Shown one piece after another: positions 17,519 through 26,874 of a stretch of DNA of 64,000 nt. Made by a program: the position numbers and the translations under genes. This DNA comes from Candidatus Niyogibacteria bacterium CG10_big_fil_rev_8_21_14_0_10_46_36. Lineage in GTDB: Bacteria > Patescibacteriota > Minisyncoccia > 1-14-0-10-42-19. The notes under the pieces are model-generated. The model had not been told where the DNA came from, did no database searches, and was given only the letters and a program-made list of their open reading frames with translations. The stretch spans positions 128,244 through 192,243 of the forward strand of contig PFCO01000001.1 of NCBI GenBank assembly GCA_002772995.1, written 5' to 3'. Within the stretch, counting starts at the first letter, position 1, and the number at the start of each line of letters is the position of its first letter.

Positions 17519-18441
17519 GCCGGCACCTCCTTTATCGCCGTTTCCCACAGCAACTCCATATGGCGTTTCGTTTCTTTTTCTATCGCCCGAATCTCTTTGC
17601 CGTATCCCAGCGACTTCATCGTTTCTTTTGTCATTGCAAATCTATCCCATTCAGGCGGACCGTCGCATCCCGTACCATTATGCCACAGATGCCGGACCGT
17701 ATGGATATTTATGAACGCCGGAAGCTGCCCTTGCATCAAAAACGCATGCCACATAATAAGCCATGGGTCATCCGTTATTTCTATTGCGGGCATCCCGAAG
17801 GCACGGGCAACATCAACCATATTCCAGTTCCTGCGCACAGAAACTTCGGTAAGAATAGAAAGGCCGTTATCCATGCAAACGAACAGGACCGGCAATTGCT
17901 TGCGCGCGGCATATCCCATGGCGCCCAACACATAATCTTCTTCGGCGGAGGCGTCTCCCATAATACTCAGCACTTTACCCTCTCCTTTTTTTTGGAGACC
18001 GAGAGCAAAGCCAACGGATATCGGAACCTGTGTCCCCATATGGCCATCGTGACCAAACATACTAATCTTAGGCGAGTGGATGGAAGCCGAACCGCCCATG
18101 CCGCCCGCGCATCCGGTGGAACGCTGCAATAACTCATCTGCAAGCGCCCGCTCATCCCCGCCGTATGCAAGATAGACATCATGGCCCCGATGCTGTGCGA
18201 ATATATACGGTTCTTTGTATACCGCTGCAAGAGCAGATGTCACAGACTCCTGCCCCACAGAGAGATATATGGGCATCTTTTTCATACCGCCCGTATCAAA
18301 TGCGTATTTTACCTGAAGTTCAAAATACCGTATGCGGCACATATTCCGGAACACGGATAATATTTCATCCTTTTCTCCTATATGCACTTTCGCGCATGTT
18401 TCAATAAGCCGTTCCGTTATGCCACAGTCAGATGATCTCAT
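17515..18441 (-). CDS. TPP-dependent dehydrogenase E1 component, alpha subunit.
   Basis: GGMGGSASIHSPKISMFGHDGHMGTQVPISVGFALG...IMGDASAEEDYVLGAMGYAARKQLPVLFVCMDNG is the TPP-binding GDG-type motif. The start is moved to the MRSSDCG ATG (18441). Confidence 0.75.
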   Translation of the reverse strand: MRSSDCGITERLIETCAKVHIGEKDEILSVFRNMCRIRYFELQVKYAFDTGGMKKMPIYLSVGQESVTSALAAVYKEPYIFAQHRGHDVYLAYGGDERALADELLQRSTGCAGGMGGSASIHSPKISMFGHDGHMGTQVPISVGFALGLQKKGEGKVLSIMGDASAEEDYVLGAMGYAARKQLPVLFVCMDNGLSILTEVSVRRNWNMVDVARAFGMPAIEITDDPWLIMWHAFLMQGQLPAFINIHTVRHLWHNGTGCDGPPEWDRFAMTKETMKSLGYGKEIRAIEKETKRHMELLWETAIKEVPA

Positions 18442-19397
18442 AACGCACCTCCAAATTCCTCTTCGTACCATCGCATCGTCTTACGTATGCCTTCTTCCAA
18501 AGAAACTCGCGGCGTCCACAAAAAATCTTTTCTCGCCTTTGTGACATTGAGCACAAGAGATGTTTTAAGAGATGGCTTTGAAGCATCGTATCGTATTGTG
18601 ATGTTCTTCTCCGAAGCAGCGACTATTTTTTCTACAATCTCCCGTACGGCGTACGCTGTTCCGCTTCCGATATTAATTATCTCAAGCGGGCCGTGTTCTG
18701 TCCGTGTAAGTGTTTCTATAAAGCGGATGATGTCGTCTACATACACCAAGTCGCGCCGTTCACTTCCGTCACCCCACACAATAATCTCACCCCCCTCGGG
18801 AGCCTGCATCACCTTTGTGATGGTCGCCGCAAACATATGCGCACGGCTTATGTCGTATGTGTCATGCGGGCCGTAGATATTAGAATGACGAATGACGGTA
18901 AAGCGCGTGTTACCCATACGGGAATAAAATTCGCAGAGCTTCTCGCCGAATATTTTCATCCATGCGCCTCCAAAATAGACATCGTGGATTGAAGAATAAT
19001 CAACATCGCATTCCGTCACCGGATACCCTGTGTTCATTGGGTATAGCACCGTACAGCTCAAGAAAACGCAGTGCGGCACCTTTTGCACATGAACCGCTTC
19101 GCATATGAGCGTGTTCATGATGGCATTGTCCGTAACATGTATGAACGGACGCGAAACAATATCCGCGGCACCCGACGTTATCGCTGCTGCATGAATAACC
19201 ATGTCCATGCCACGCGTGATCTCAAAAATAGTGTTGCGATCCCGCAAGTCAGCTTGTATAAAGCGCTCCTTATGTTCAGGCTCCGAAGAAAAATATGTCC
19301 CATATACCTCCAGCTCATCGCGTACGGATAATACTTCAAAAATATTTCTTCCAATAAATCCCGACGCGCCTGTTACAAGAACCTTTTTTCTTTTCAT
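18438..19397 (-). CDS. NAD-dependent epimerase/dehydratase.
   Basis: KKVLVTGASGFIGRNIFEVL. The start is moved to the MKRKKVLV ATG (19397) with a 4-nt overlap. Confidence 0.75.
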   Translation of the reverse strand: MKRKKVLVTGASGFIGRNIFEVLSVRDELEVYGTYFSSEPEHKERFIQADLRDRNTIFEITRGMDMVIHAAAITSGAADIVSRPFIHVTDNAIMNTLICEAVHVQKVPHCVFLSCTVLYPMNTGYPVTECDVDYSSIHDVYFGGAWMKIFGEKLCEFYSRMGNTRFTVIRHSNIYGPHDTYDISRAHMFAATITKVMQAPEGGEIIVWGDGSERRDLVYVDDIIRFIETLTRTEHGPLEIINIGSGTAYAVREIVEKIVAASEKNITIRYDASKPSLKTSLVLNVTKARKDFLWTPRVSLEEGIRKTMRWYEEEFGGAL

Positions 19398-20197
19398 AGC
19401 ACCGACCTCCCTCTCCCGCCATCCAGACAAATACACTCGCCGGTTATAAAGTCAGCTGCATCGGACGCGAGAAACAGCACGAGACGCGCTACATCTTCAG
19501 GCGAACCCATGCGCGCAAGCGGCACTTTCTTTTTTTCTTGTTCTTCCATAATCGAACGCGCCTCTCCTATCCCGCATGAATGCCGATCCGCAAAGTCCCG
19601 AATATTGCGCTCCCAGGCATCACCTGTGAGCGTTCCGGGACATATTGCATTTACCAGAATGTTTTTATCGGCAAGTGCACGGGAAAGGTATTTGCTTACC
19701 GCAACCATCCCCGCCTTTGCCGCGACATAATGCGGATTATACATGCCTGGTTCTACCGCCGACATGGACGCTATATTGATAATGCGTCCCGTGTGAGACT
19801 GGCAGAGACAGGGTAGGACACCGCGCACCATACGAACCATACTCATACAATTTATTTCGTAGGAACGCGTCCAATCCTCATCCGAAAGTTCAAAAAAATT
19901 CCCGAACGGCGACGGATCACCCACATTATTCACCAGTATGTCTATCCTTTTATGATCTTTCTGTATGTTGCTAAGCGCCTTCTTCGCGCCCTCTGCATCA
20001 GCAAAATCAAACGCATACAAAAACACAGCTGCCGCCCCTTTGAGTAATAATTGCTTTTTTGTATTCTGTAAGCGCACTTCGTTGCGGCCGCAGACGATAA
20101 CATACGCATTTGCTTCTGCGAATGCTTCCGCAATCGCCTTGCCAACCCCTTGTGTTGCGCCCGTGACCAAAACAGTCTGTCCGGTGTATTTCCCCAT
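19394..20197 (-). CDS. Short-chain dehydrogenase/reductase (classical SDR).
   Basis: GQTVLVTGATQGVGKAIAEAFAEANAYVIVCGRN is a TGxxxGxG motif. NAICPG follows the YxxxK region. Confidence 0.8.
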   Translation of the reverse strand: MGKYTGQTVLVTGATQGVGKAIAEAFAEANAYVIVCGRNEVRLQNTKKQLLLKGAAAVFLYAFDFADAEGAKKALSNIQKDHKRIDILVNNVGDPSPFGNFFELSDEDWTRSYEINCMSMVRMVRGVLPCLCQSHTGRIINIASMSAVEPGMYNPHYVAAKAGMVAVSKYLSRALADKNILVNAICPGTLTGDAWERNIRDFADRHSCGIGEARSIMEEQEKKKVPLARMGSPEDVARLVLFLASDAADFITGECICLDGGRGRSVL

Positions 20198-20321
20198 TAC
20201 AGTTCTCCTTTGTATTTTTAAGGTAAATCACTGCCTATTGTACACAAAAATATGCAAAAAACAACTTTCTTTTGCGGTCAAATAAACGGCTCACACCCCC
20301 GTGTTAGCCGTTTAGCGGAAC

Positions 20322-20352
20322 AAAAAAACTCCATGCTATGGCATGGAGTTTT
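20322..20352 (-). terminator. Bidirectional intrinsic terminator.
   Basis: CTCCATGC-TATG-GCATGGAG forms an 8-bp stem at 20328-20347. It is flanked by AAAAAAA upstream and TTTT downstream. Confidence 0.6.
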
Positions 20353-20355
20353 GCA

Positions 20356-21303
20356 TCATACATTAGAGAATATCTCATTCCTTATGAATTGATATCCTTT
20401 GATGAGCTCCGAGATACCTTCCTGTAAGCATATCTCCGGATAGAATCCCGTGTGCTCAATTTTTGCGTTGCTTACAATATAGTTCCGCTTATCCTCGTCT
20501 TCATTGATATCCGATTCCGCCACATACAGATCAGAAACCTGTTTTTTTATCTCTTCGCACAATTCCCGCTTGCTCAGGTTGGCGTTCGATAATCCGACAT
20601 TGTACGGTTCGTCTTTCATATCATCAAAATGCGCAATGGCGTGCAGGAATGCACGCGCTATGTCGCGGACATGGACATAGTTGCGTTTAAAGCCGGCCTC
20701 GAAAAGAACGATATACCGGTCGCGCACCGCACGATACACAAAATCATTTACCAAGAGATCAAGCCGCATGCGCGGAGAAATGCCAAACGCCGTTGCAAAA
20801 CGGAATGTGATTGCATCACCGGATTCAAGTATCAAGCGTTCTGCTTCTACCTTTTGACGTCCATACAATGATACCGGGCGAAGCGGCGTTTCTTCAGTGC
20901 AATGTATGCCTTCTTCTCCTATGCCGTATCCGCTATTCGTTGTGGGAAACAATATACTCTGTCCCCTGCTGCGCAAGCGTAATATTGTTTGTATGGCATC
21001 TACATTGACTGCCTGGGACTCAAGCGGGAGTCTCTCGCATAACGGCGCGCCCACAAGCGCTGCGAGCGGAATTATAATATCCGCATTACGAATGTGCTTT
21101 GCTATAAGCTGTTCGTTACGGACATCGCCATATACGACATGTAATACTTTTTCGTGCATCACATCGAGTAATGATGCTTGCCCATAGAGACATACATCAA
21201 TGACTGTTACTTTATAGCCTTCTTTAAGCAGTGCCGGTACAAGGATGGAGCCGATATATCCTGCCCCGCCCGTTACCAGTACGTGCGTTTTATATGTCGA
21301 CAT
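20356..21303 (-). CDS. NAD-dependent epimerase/dehydratase (CapD/PseB-like nucleotide-sugar dehydratase candidate).
   Basis: HVLVTGGAGYIGSILVPALLKEGYKVTVID. Length is 315 aa. Confidence 0.7.
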   Translation of the reverse strand: MSTYKTHVLVTGGAGYIGSILVPALLKEGYKVTVIDVCLYGQASLLDVMHEKVLHVVYGDVRNEQLIAKHIRNADIIIPLAALVGAPLCERLPLESQAVNVDAIQTILRLRSRGQSILFPTTNSGYGIGEEGIHCTEETPLRPVSLYGRQKVEAERLILESGDAITFRFATAFGISPRMRLDLLVNDFVYRAVRDRYIVLFEAGFKRNYVHVRDIARAFLHAIAHFDDMKDEPYNVGLSNANLSKRELCEEIKKQVSDLYVAESDINEDEDKRNYIVSNAKIEHTGFYPEICLQEGISELIKGYQFIRNEIFSNV

Positions 21304-22468
21304 TGTTTACCACCTCGCATATACATTTGATATCGTTTTCGGTGAGCGACTCATTATTCGGCAAAAAGAAGCCGCGATTATACAGCCAATCAGAGACCGG
21401 GTGGCGAAACTCGCCGTAACGCTCAGTCCAGAACGGATGGCGTCCGAGGTTTCCCGCAGAAAATACGCGCGATTCAATGCCATGTCTCGTAAGCGCTTCA
21501 AGTATCCGCCTGCGATGCTCTCTGCTTTGAGCGACCGCGCAGAAATGAATACTGCAAGGTTCTTTTTCTTCTCCCCATGTCTGGCGTGACACAGTTTTAA
21601 GAGAACGAGCATACAGAACATGGTTACGATTACGAATAGCAAATATGTCTTTTGCCTTTTGTATCTGCCTGCGCCCCAGAAATGCCTGGATGTCTGTCGC
21701 GCGCACGTTGAAACCGGGCACAACAAACAAAAACGGGTCATAAAACGAATCTGGTCCGTATTTGGCAAACAACGCGAGCTGATCCTTCCGCATCAGGTCT
21801 TTCTGCCATCCGTGGCTCCGGAGCATCATCAACATATCGTGCAGCTCTTTGTTTTGCGTGCATATCATGCCGCCTTCTATAGTGGAAAGCTGATGGCCGA
21901 AATAAAACGAAAAGGAAGACATGCTTCCGCTTGAACCGACTGGCTCGCCGCGATATGTCGCGCCATACGACGCGCACGCGTCTTCCAATACGAGACAAAA
22001 TCCGTAGGCATCCTGCAACGCGCGGATAATATCCATATCGGCAGGAACACCGAGCGTATGCACAAGCACGACATAAAACGGACTATGCCGTTTTAGCGTA
22101 TCTTCCAGCTGATTATAATCGTACCCGAAATCTTCTTTGTTCGTGCCGCACATAAGCGACTGGAACCCTGCTTGCATAAATGGAGCTATGCTCGTCGGCC
22201 AACCGGTTGCGGGGACAATGACTTTTTTATTGCGTGTTCCTGCGTCTCCGGCAAGATACGCTTCGGCATACGCGGCAAGCAAATTTGCCGACGAGCCGGA
22301 ATTCACAAAAACCGCAAACCTGCTTCCCATGTGCCCTGCCCATTCGCGTTCAAACGCTTCTGTTTCTTCTCCTTTTGTAAGGCGAGGATACGTTCCGAGC
22401 CATTCCCGCAACGCATCTATGTCTTCAGTATTAATAACCTGTTCTGCTAACGGGTAGCGTGTTTTCAA
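21290..22468 (-). CDS. DegT/DnrJ/EryC1/StrS-family PLP-dependent nucleotide-sugar aminotransferase (or dehydratase).
   Basis: FEREWAGHMGSRFAVFVNSGSSANLLAAYA with a downstream GxxGxxxSFSFYFGHQLST region harbouring the fold-type I active site. Length is 392 aa. Confidence 0.8.
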   Translation of the reverse strand: MKTRYPLAEQVINTEDIDALREWLGTYPRLTKGEETEAFEREWAGHMGSRFAVFVNSGSSANLLAAYAEAYLAGDAGTRNKKVIVPATGWPTSIAPFMQAGFQSLMCGTNKEDFGYDYNQLEDTLKRHSPFYVVLVHTLGVPADMDIIRALQDAYGFCLVLEDACASYGATYRGEPVGSSGSMSSFSFYFGHQLSTIEGGMICTQNKELHDMLMMLRSHGWQKDLMRKDQLALFAKYGPDSFYDPFLFVVPGFNVRATDIQAFLGRRQIQKAKDIFAIRNRNHVLYARSLKTVSRQTWGEEKEPCSIHFCAVAQSREHRRRILEALTRHGIESRVFSAGNLGRHPFWTERYGEFRHPVSDWLYNRGFFLPNNESLTENDIKCICEVVNNVDI

Positions 22469-22545
22469 TGTTCGTCTCCTTACTGCCTATATCCACTCTG
22501 TTATAACAAAAAAATCCGCCGCGTCAAAGCGCAGCGGACCATTGT

Positions 22546-23505
22546 TTACTGTTTTTTTACCCATTCTCGTGCGTGGAAGAGCATATATTCGGCGGTTTCG
22601 GCAAGCATATAGCGGGGCTGCCAGCCGGTCAGTTTTTTAAAACGCGTTGTATCGGGAATTTGCAATGTCACATCAACCGGACGCAGTAAGTCAGAATCAA
22701 GGCGTGTTGGTATAGCACAAGAAGCATATGATATCAGAAGCTTCAAAAAATCACCCACCGGCAAGGAAGCATCTCCCCCAATATTATATACTTCTCCAGA
22801 ATGCCCCTTTGTCGTTGCAAGCCAATACGCCTCCATTGCGTCGCGCGGATCAAGAATAGTTCGTATGGAATCAAGATTTCCGTGGACTAATTCCCTCTTC
22901 TTGCCCTGCTCAATGAGTGCAATTTGCCGCGCAAACGATGTTGCAAATAAATCGCCTCTGCGCGGACTCATGTATGAAAACATCCGGCTGCGTATTATCT
23001 TCATTCCATCTACGCGCCAGTACAATTCTGCCAAAAAATCCTGCGTTATCTTTGACACTGCATAGGGACTTGCCGGGCGAAACGGACAAGACTCTTTTAT
23101 CGGTATGTCTGCTTGCGTAACACATCCATAGACTTCGGATGTACTAATATGGTGCGCGATTGTTTCCGGACAATGCTGCCGCAGCGCCTCAAACAAATTC
23201 GCTGTGCCCATGATATTGTTCTCAAGCACCGCAAGACGATTACTAAATGATGCCTTCACATCTGCATACGAGGCAAAATGAATAACAGCATCAGGTGTTA
23301 CGCCTTGGATCACGGAGGTAATTGCTCCAAAATCAAGCAGGTCGCATTCGTGCGTGGTAACGCCCTGAATGTCTCTTATTTCTGCCCCACTTCTCCATCG
23401 CGCAAGCCCGTGTACATCAATGCCCGGATGGTTTTCCAACACATATTCGGCAAAAGAGCCGCCTCCGGCTCCCCGAATGCCCGTTATTAGAATTGTTTTA
23501 AGCAA
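22546..23505 (-). CDS. GDP-sugar 4,6-dehydratase/4-reductase family (Gmd/Rmd-like extended SDR).
   Basis: ILITGIRGAGGGSFAEYVLENHPGIDVHGLARW...HISTSEVYG is collinear with the Gmd/Rmd N-terminus (ITGxxGQDGSYLAE..L...G.EVHG...STSE.YG). Confidence 0.6.
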   Translation of the reverse strand: MLKTILITGIRGAGGGSFAEYVLENHPGIDVHGLARWRSGAEIRDIQGVTTHECDLLDFGAITSVIQGVTPDAVIHFASYADVKASFSNRLAVLENNIMGTANLFEALRQHCPETIAHHISTSEVYGCVTQADIPIKESCPFRPASPYAVSKITQDFLAELYWRVDGMKIIRSRMFSYMSPRRGDLFATSFARQIALIEQGKKRELVHGNLDSIRTILDPRDAMEAYWLATTKGHSGEVYNIGGDASLPVGDFLKLLISYASCAIPTRLDSDLLRPVDVTLQIPDTTRFKKLTGWQPRYMLAETAEYMLFHAREWVKKQ

Positions 23506-24379
23506 CTATATTCTCCTTTCCCCCGAAGCCGCATGCTTTTGCGACGCGGTATCGTATATGCTTGTATTTGATTTTTAAAGGGTGTTCAAATGTCCTAAAC
23601 ATTTTATTCCGCAAACGAAAAAGTTTCAAGTCGCGCGTAAACGAAGGCCCATATTCTCTAATAGATTCATCAAGCAATGCATTCGCGTATGCATATAATT
23701 CCGCGTCCTGCGTGTTGTTCTTTTGTATTATCTGCATAACATCAATCGCGGTAGTCTCCCGCCGGGGGCGCTCTTTGGTAACATTGGCCAAAATATAACG
23801 AACATCATCCCAGCCGAACTTCTTTTTGCATACCAATAAAGATTCGTCAAAGCGGTCAACCACACCAACAAACGCGAAATGATCATGGATATTCTTTTTT
23901 GCTCGAGCCAAGGCGTCACCGGGCATGGGCAAAGTATCCCACCGGGTAATACCGCTTGCGACTTGACCCGCGAGAACACGCGTCTGGAAATTTGAGACAG
24001 ATACGCCCCCCTCCGCCACATATTGTCGAAGAGGCGTTGTTGCCATCTTTGTATGCGCGTAATGGCCGGAGCGAGCGCTCCCCCGCGCGTAATAATATTC
24101 GGAAAGAATACGATCGGCAGGATTACGTATAAAGGCTATGTATCCAAACGGCTGCGAAAAGTACTCATGAACGCCAAAAGGCATGTGCCCGCTTACACAC
24201 TGGATGCGCTGACGATGTTCTTCCGGCAATCCGGCAAGCGCCCGTATGTCTTTTTCTGTCCCGCCGTATGTCAAAAAAACTGCATCCTTAGGAAATTGCC
24301 GCGCAATAATGGCACGGAATGTCATCCCGCCCACTTTTGCGATATGAAGAAAGATGAGGTTTTGCATACCCCATATCAT
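23498..24379 (-). CDS. Sulfotransferase-family protein (carbohydrate sulfotransferase-like, Sulfotransfer_2/3 type).
   Basis: A 5'-PSB motif FLHIAKVGGMTF (cf. hIPKTGGT) and a 3'-PB motif FIRNPADRILSEYYY (cf. RDPxxRxxSxY) are both present and correctly ordered. Length is 293 aa. Confidence 0.55.
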   Translation of the reverse strand: MIWGMQNLIFLHIAKVGGMTFRAIIARQFPKDAVFLTYGGTEKDIRALAGLPEEHRQRIQCVSGHMPFGVHEYFSQPFGYIAFIRNPADRILSEYYYARGSARSGHYAHTKMATTPLRQYVAEGGVSVSNFQTRVLAGQVASGITRWDTLPMPGDALARAKKNIHDHFAFVGVVDRFDESLLVCKKKFGWDDVRYILANVTKERPRRETTAIDVMQIIQKNNTQDAELYAYANALLDESIREYGPSFTRDLKLFRLRNKMFRTFEHPLKIKYKHIRYRVAKACGFGGKENIVA

Positions 24380-24539
24380 ATAAACACATGCTTTTCTTTA
24401 CAAGAAAAATGCGCATTAGGGAGTTTATTTATAAAAATCATTTTCTGTTGCATAGTATGAAATCCGCTTTTAAGAAAAAAAAATATTGCTATATATTTTA
24501 AAAAAGGTCGAGCATTATCATTAGAAAAAATTAAACAAC

Positions 24540-25781
24540 ATGAACAGAATAAAATCAAATGCGCTAAGCGCAAAATTCATAGCGGGTTTTTTAGTTGTGG
24601 CGCTCGGTATCTCGCTCATCCTCTTCTATGACTTTGTAGATGCGGCAAACAGTCACTCTGTTGACCTGAAAGCAAGCTCTAGCCAGTACCTGTCAATTAC
24701 AGATGGCAGTCAAACGGGATTAGATTTATCAGGAGATTTAACTTTTGAAGCATGGGTTAAATTTGAAACCATTCCTTCCGGTGACGGAACGCGATATGAA
24801 ATCCTTGGCAAATGGAACAGTGTGCCCAATCTTTCTTATCATTGGAGTTTTATTGTGAATGGATCAACGCTGATGCAAGAATTCGAGGTTTCGGACGATG
24901 GAACAAACTTTGACACATACCAAGTCGCTGCTGGTTCTTTAAATACTGGCCAATGGTATCATGTCGCTATGACATGGGATGCCTCCGCGGCGAGTGCAGA
25001 GTTCTTTCATAACGGTACAAGCATAGGAACTGATGCTGCTTCAAAGACATCAATCTATAATAGCAATTCAACATTTAGAATCGGATCGCATCAAGGAACA
25101 AATAGTTATTTTGATGGCTTGATAGATGACGTGCGGGTATGGAGCGATATTAGAATCAACAGCGAAATATCAAACAACTACCAATCAGAGCTCGTAGGAA
25201 ACGAAACAAATCTTGTATCTTATTGGAAACTCAATAATGACTATACCGATCAAACGACGAATGGGAACACCTTAACGGCAAATAATAGCCCCGTATTCTC
25301 AACGGATATTCCTGGACTATCTAACCCCCCAACACAGGATTTGCAGGTATTCAAATCAACAACCGAAACAATTACAAACGATACAACGCTGTCAAACGAT
25401 AGCGAGCTTCAATTGATTGACCTGGAAGCAGGAAAAACATATATTGTAAGCGGGGCAATATTCGCAAGCACCACTGCTGCCGCCCCAGATCTAAAAATAG
25501 CATTTAACATTCCTGCAGGGGCCGTAGCCGATATAGGATTTGTATCCACAAGCGGGAGTTTGAGCAATTCGGATATACTTCAAGGAACAGGATCTGCAGA
25601 CATCACGAGCGATCGAATAGCATTAGCTAAGGACACTGATTCGATGATCGCCATTAACGGGACCATCCAGATGGGCTCTGTAGACGGAGATGTCATTTTT
25701 AAATGGGCGCAAGCACAATCAAACGCAGCGGCACTTTCTGTTATCCAGGGAAGTTACCTTTTAGCAAATGAGATAGATTAA
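24540..25781 (+). CDS. Secreted protein with a concanavalin A-like lectin/LamG (Laminin_G_3) domain.
   Basis: The signal peptide MNRIKSNALSAKFIAGFLVVALGISLILFYDFVDA|ANS has a positive n-region, a hydrophobic core and a VDA cleavage site. The LamG_3 signatures are DLTFEAWVKFE...GKW...YFDGLIDDVRVWS. Confidence 0.65.
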   Translation: MNRIKSNALSAKFIAGFLVVALGISLILFYDFVDAANSHSVDLKASSSQYLSITDGSQTGLDLSGDLTFEAWVKFETIPSGDGTRYEILGKWNSVPNLSYHWSFIVNGSTLMQEFEVSDDGTNFDTYQVAAGSLNTGQWYHVAMTWDASAASAEFFHNGTSIGTDAASKTSIYNSNSTFRIGSHQGTNSYFDGLIDDVRVWSDIRINSEISNNYQSELVGNETNLVSYWKLNNDYTDQTTNGNTLTANNSPVFSTDIPGLSNPPTQDLQVFKSTTETITNDTTLSNDSELQLIDLEAGKTYIVSGAIFASTTAAAPDLKIAFNIPAGAVADIGFVSTSGSLSNSDILQGTGSADITSDRIALAKDTDSMIAINGTIQMGSVDGDVIFKWAQAQSNAAALSVIQGSYLLANEID

Positions 25782-25795
25782 TATAACTGCAATCC

Positions 25796-25837
25796 AACCA
25801 AAAAGACCCCGTGCGCGGGGTCTTTTTGGTTTTTTGA
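25796..25837 (+). terminator. Bidirectional intrinsic terminator shared by the convergent LamG and FkbM genes.
   Basis: CCAAAAAGACCCCGTGCGCGGGGTCTTTTTGGTTTTTT contains an 8-bp GC-rich stem AGACCCCG/CGGGGTCT flanked by an A-run and a T-run. Confidence 0.75.
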
Positions 25838-25852
25838 ATATAATATTCTGTT

Positions 25853-26749
25853 CTAAAAATTCTCAATATCCTTCTTTAAAGACTCATAAAGGATATTATC
25901 AACATTGTCCTTCAACAAAAACAAGGCGAAACTAAAATATCCGTATAACATCATCAAAGACCCAAGGCGAATCTTCTGCAAAGAAGAAAGTTCGGAGCCA
26001 TCGTTATTTTTATCACGCACATACAAGCAATCCGCCCACATAATTTCTTTTTTTGATTTTTTAAAAGCAAACCCGCCTCTCCCCCTTCGTTTTGGTTCTA
26101 TTTCAATAAGACGAAATCCTTTTTCTGTAAGAAACGCATGAACATCAGAAAAAAGCGATTGATTTTTATATAAAGAAACAAATTCCGATTCAATAGCAAT
26201 TACAACAACGGAATGCAGCATTTCTTTTCCTGATTTTAAAATATCAAGCTCTGTTCCCTGCGTATCAATTTTTAAAAATGCGACATCCTTGCAATCATAA
26301 CGAGACGCAGCGTTATCAAGAGAAATAATTCTTACCTTTTCTTCCCCCACAATATCAAATTTAGAATGCGCAACATTAAAGAGAGAGAGGGAGTCTCTAT
26401 CAGACTCAAGGAGCGAAGAAAGCCCGGGCTGGCGCGTAATATAAAGTGTTGCCTCCCCCTCTTTTGAAAAAATTGCCTCGGGAATAACTATTGCTTTCCT
26501 CCACCCCTCTTTTTTAAGAATTTTTTTTAAATCTTCTCGTGCGACAGAATCCGGCTCGGAAATAGACAAATCCATACATGATTCAAATCCGTGGAATAAT
26601 TTTGATGCACCCCCCCTGCCTCCTATATCCATTATTTTTAAATTAGCTTTCTTAAATAACCCAATAATGCTTGGTGAATATTTAAGTCGTGCTATCGCAT
26701 CACGTCCTGTAATTTTTTTTCTTATTTTTTTATAAATATGATACAACAT
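25853..26749 (-). CDS. FkbM-family methyltransferase.
   Basis: MDIGGRGGAS carries motif I. FLKIDTQGTELDILKSGKEML matches the FkbM-domain hallmark LKIDvEGaElevL. Confidence 0.65.
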   Translation of the reverse strand: MLYHIYKKIRKKITGRDAIARLKYSPSIIGLFKKANLKIMDIGGRGGASKLFHGFESCMDLSISEPDSVAREDLKKILKKEGWRKAIVIPEAIFSKEGEATLYITRQPGLSSLLESDRDSLSLFNVAHSKFDIVGEEKVRIISLDNAASRYDCKDVAFLKIDTQGTELDILKSGKEMLHSVVVIAIESEFVSLYKNQSLFSDVHAFLTEKGFRLIEIEPKRRGRGGFAFKKSKKEIMWADCLYVRDKNNDGSELSSLQKIRLGSLMMLYGYFSFALFLLKDNVDNILYESLKKDIENF

Positions 26750-26874
26750 TTCTATAACATCAAAACAATAATATACACTGATTCGTAAGAAGAAAAAACT
26801 TCCTTACATGTTTATTTCCATCAACATATTCATCAATCGCCTGCTTTACACCGGGGCATGTGTTTGATAATGCG

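Noticed and set aside
24380-24539. Specific -35/-10 promoter calls in the 160-bp AT-rich divergent region between the sulfotransferase and LamG genes (TTGCAT at 24449, TTGCTA at 24486 on the plus strand, A9 run at 24472-24480).
   Set aside because: Several weak hexamer combinations are possible and none has consensus spacing plus a good -10. The region is noted as a probable divergent promoter region only.
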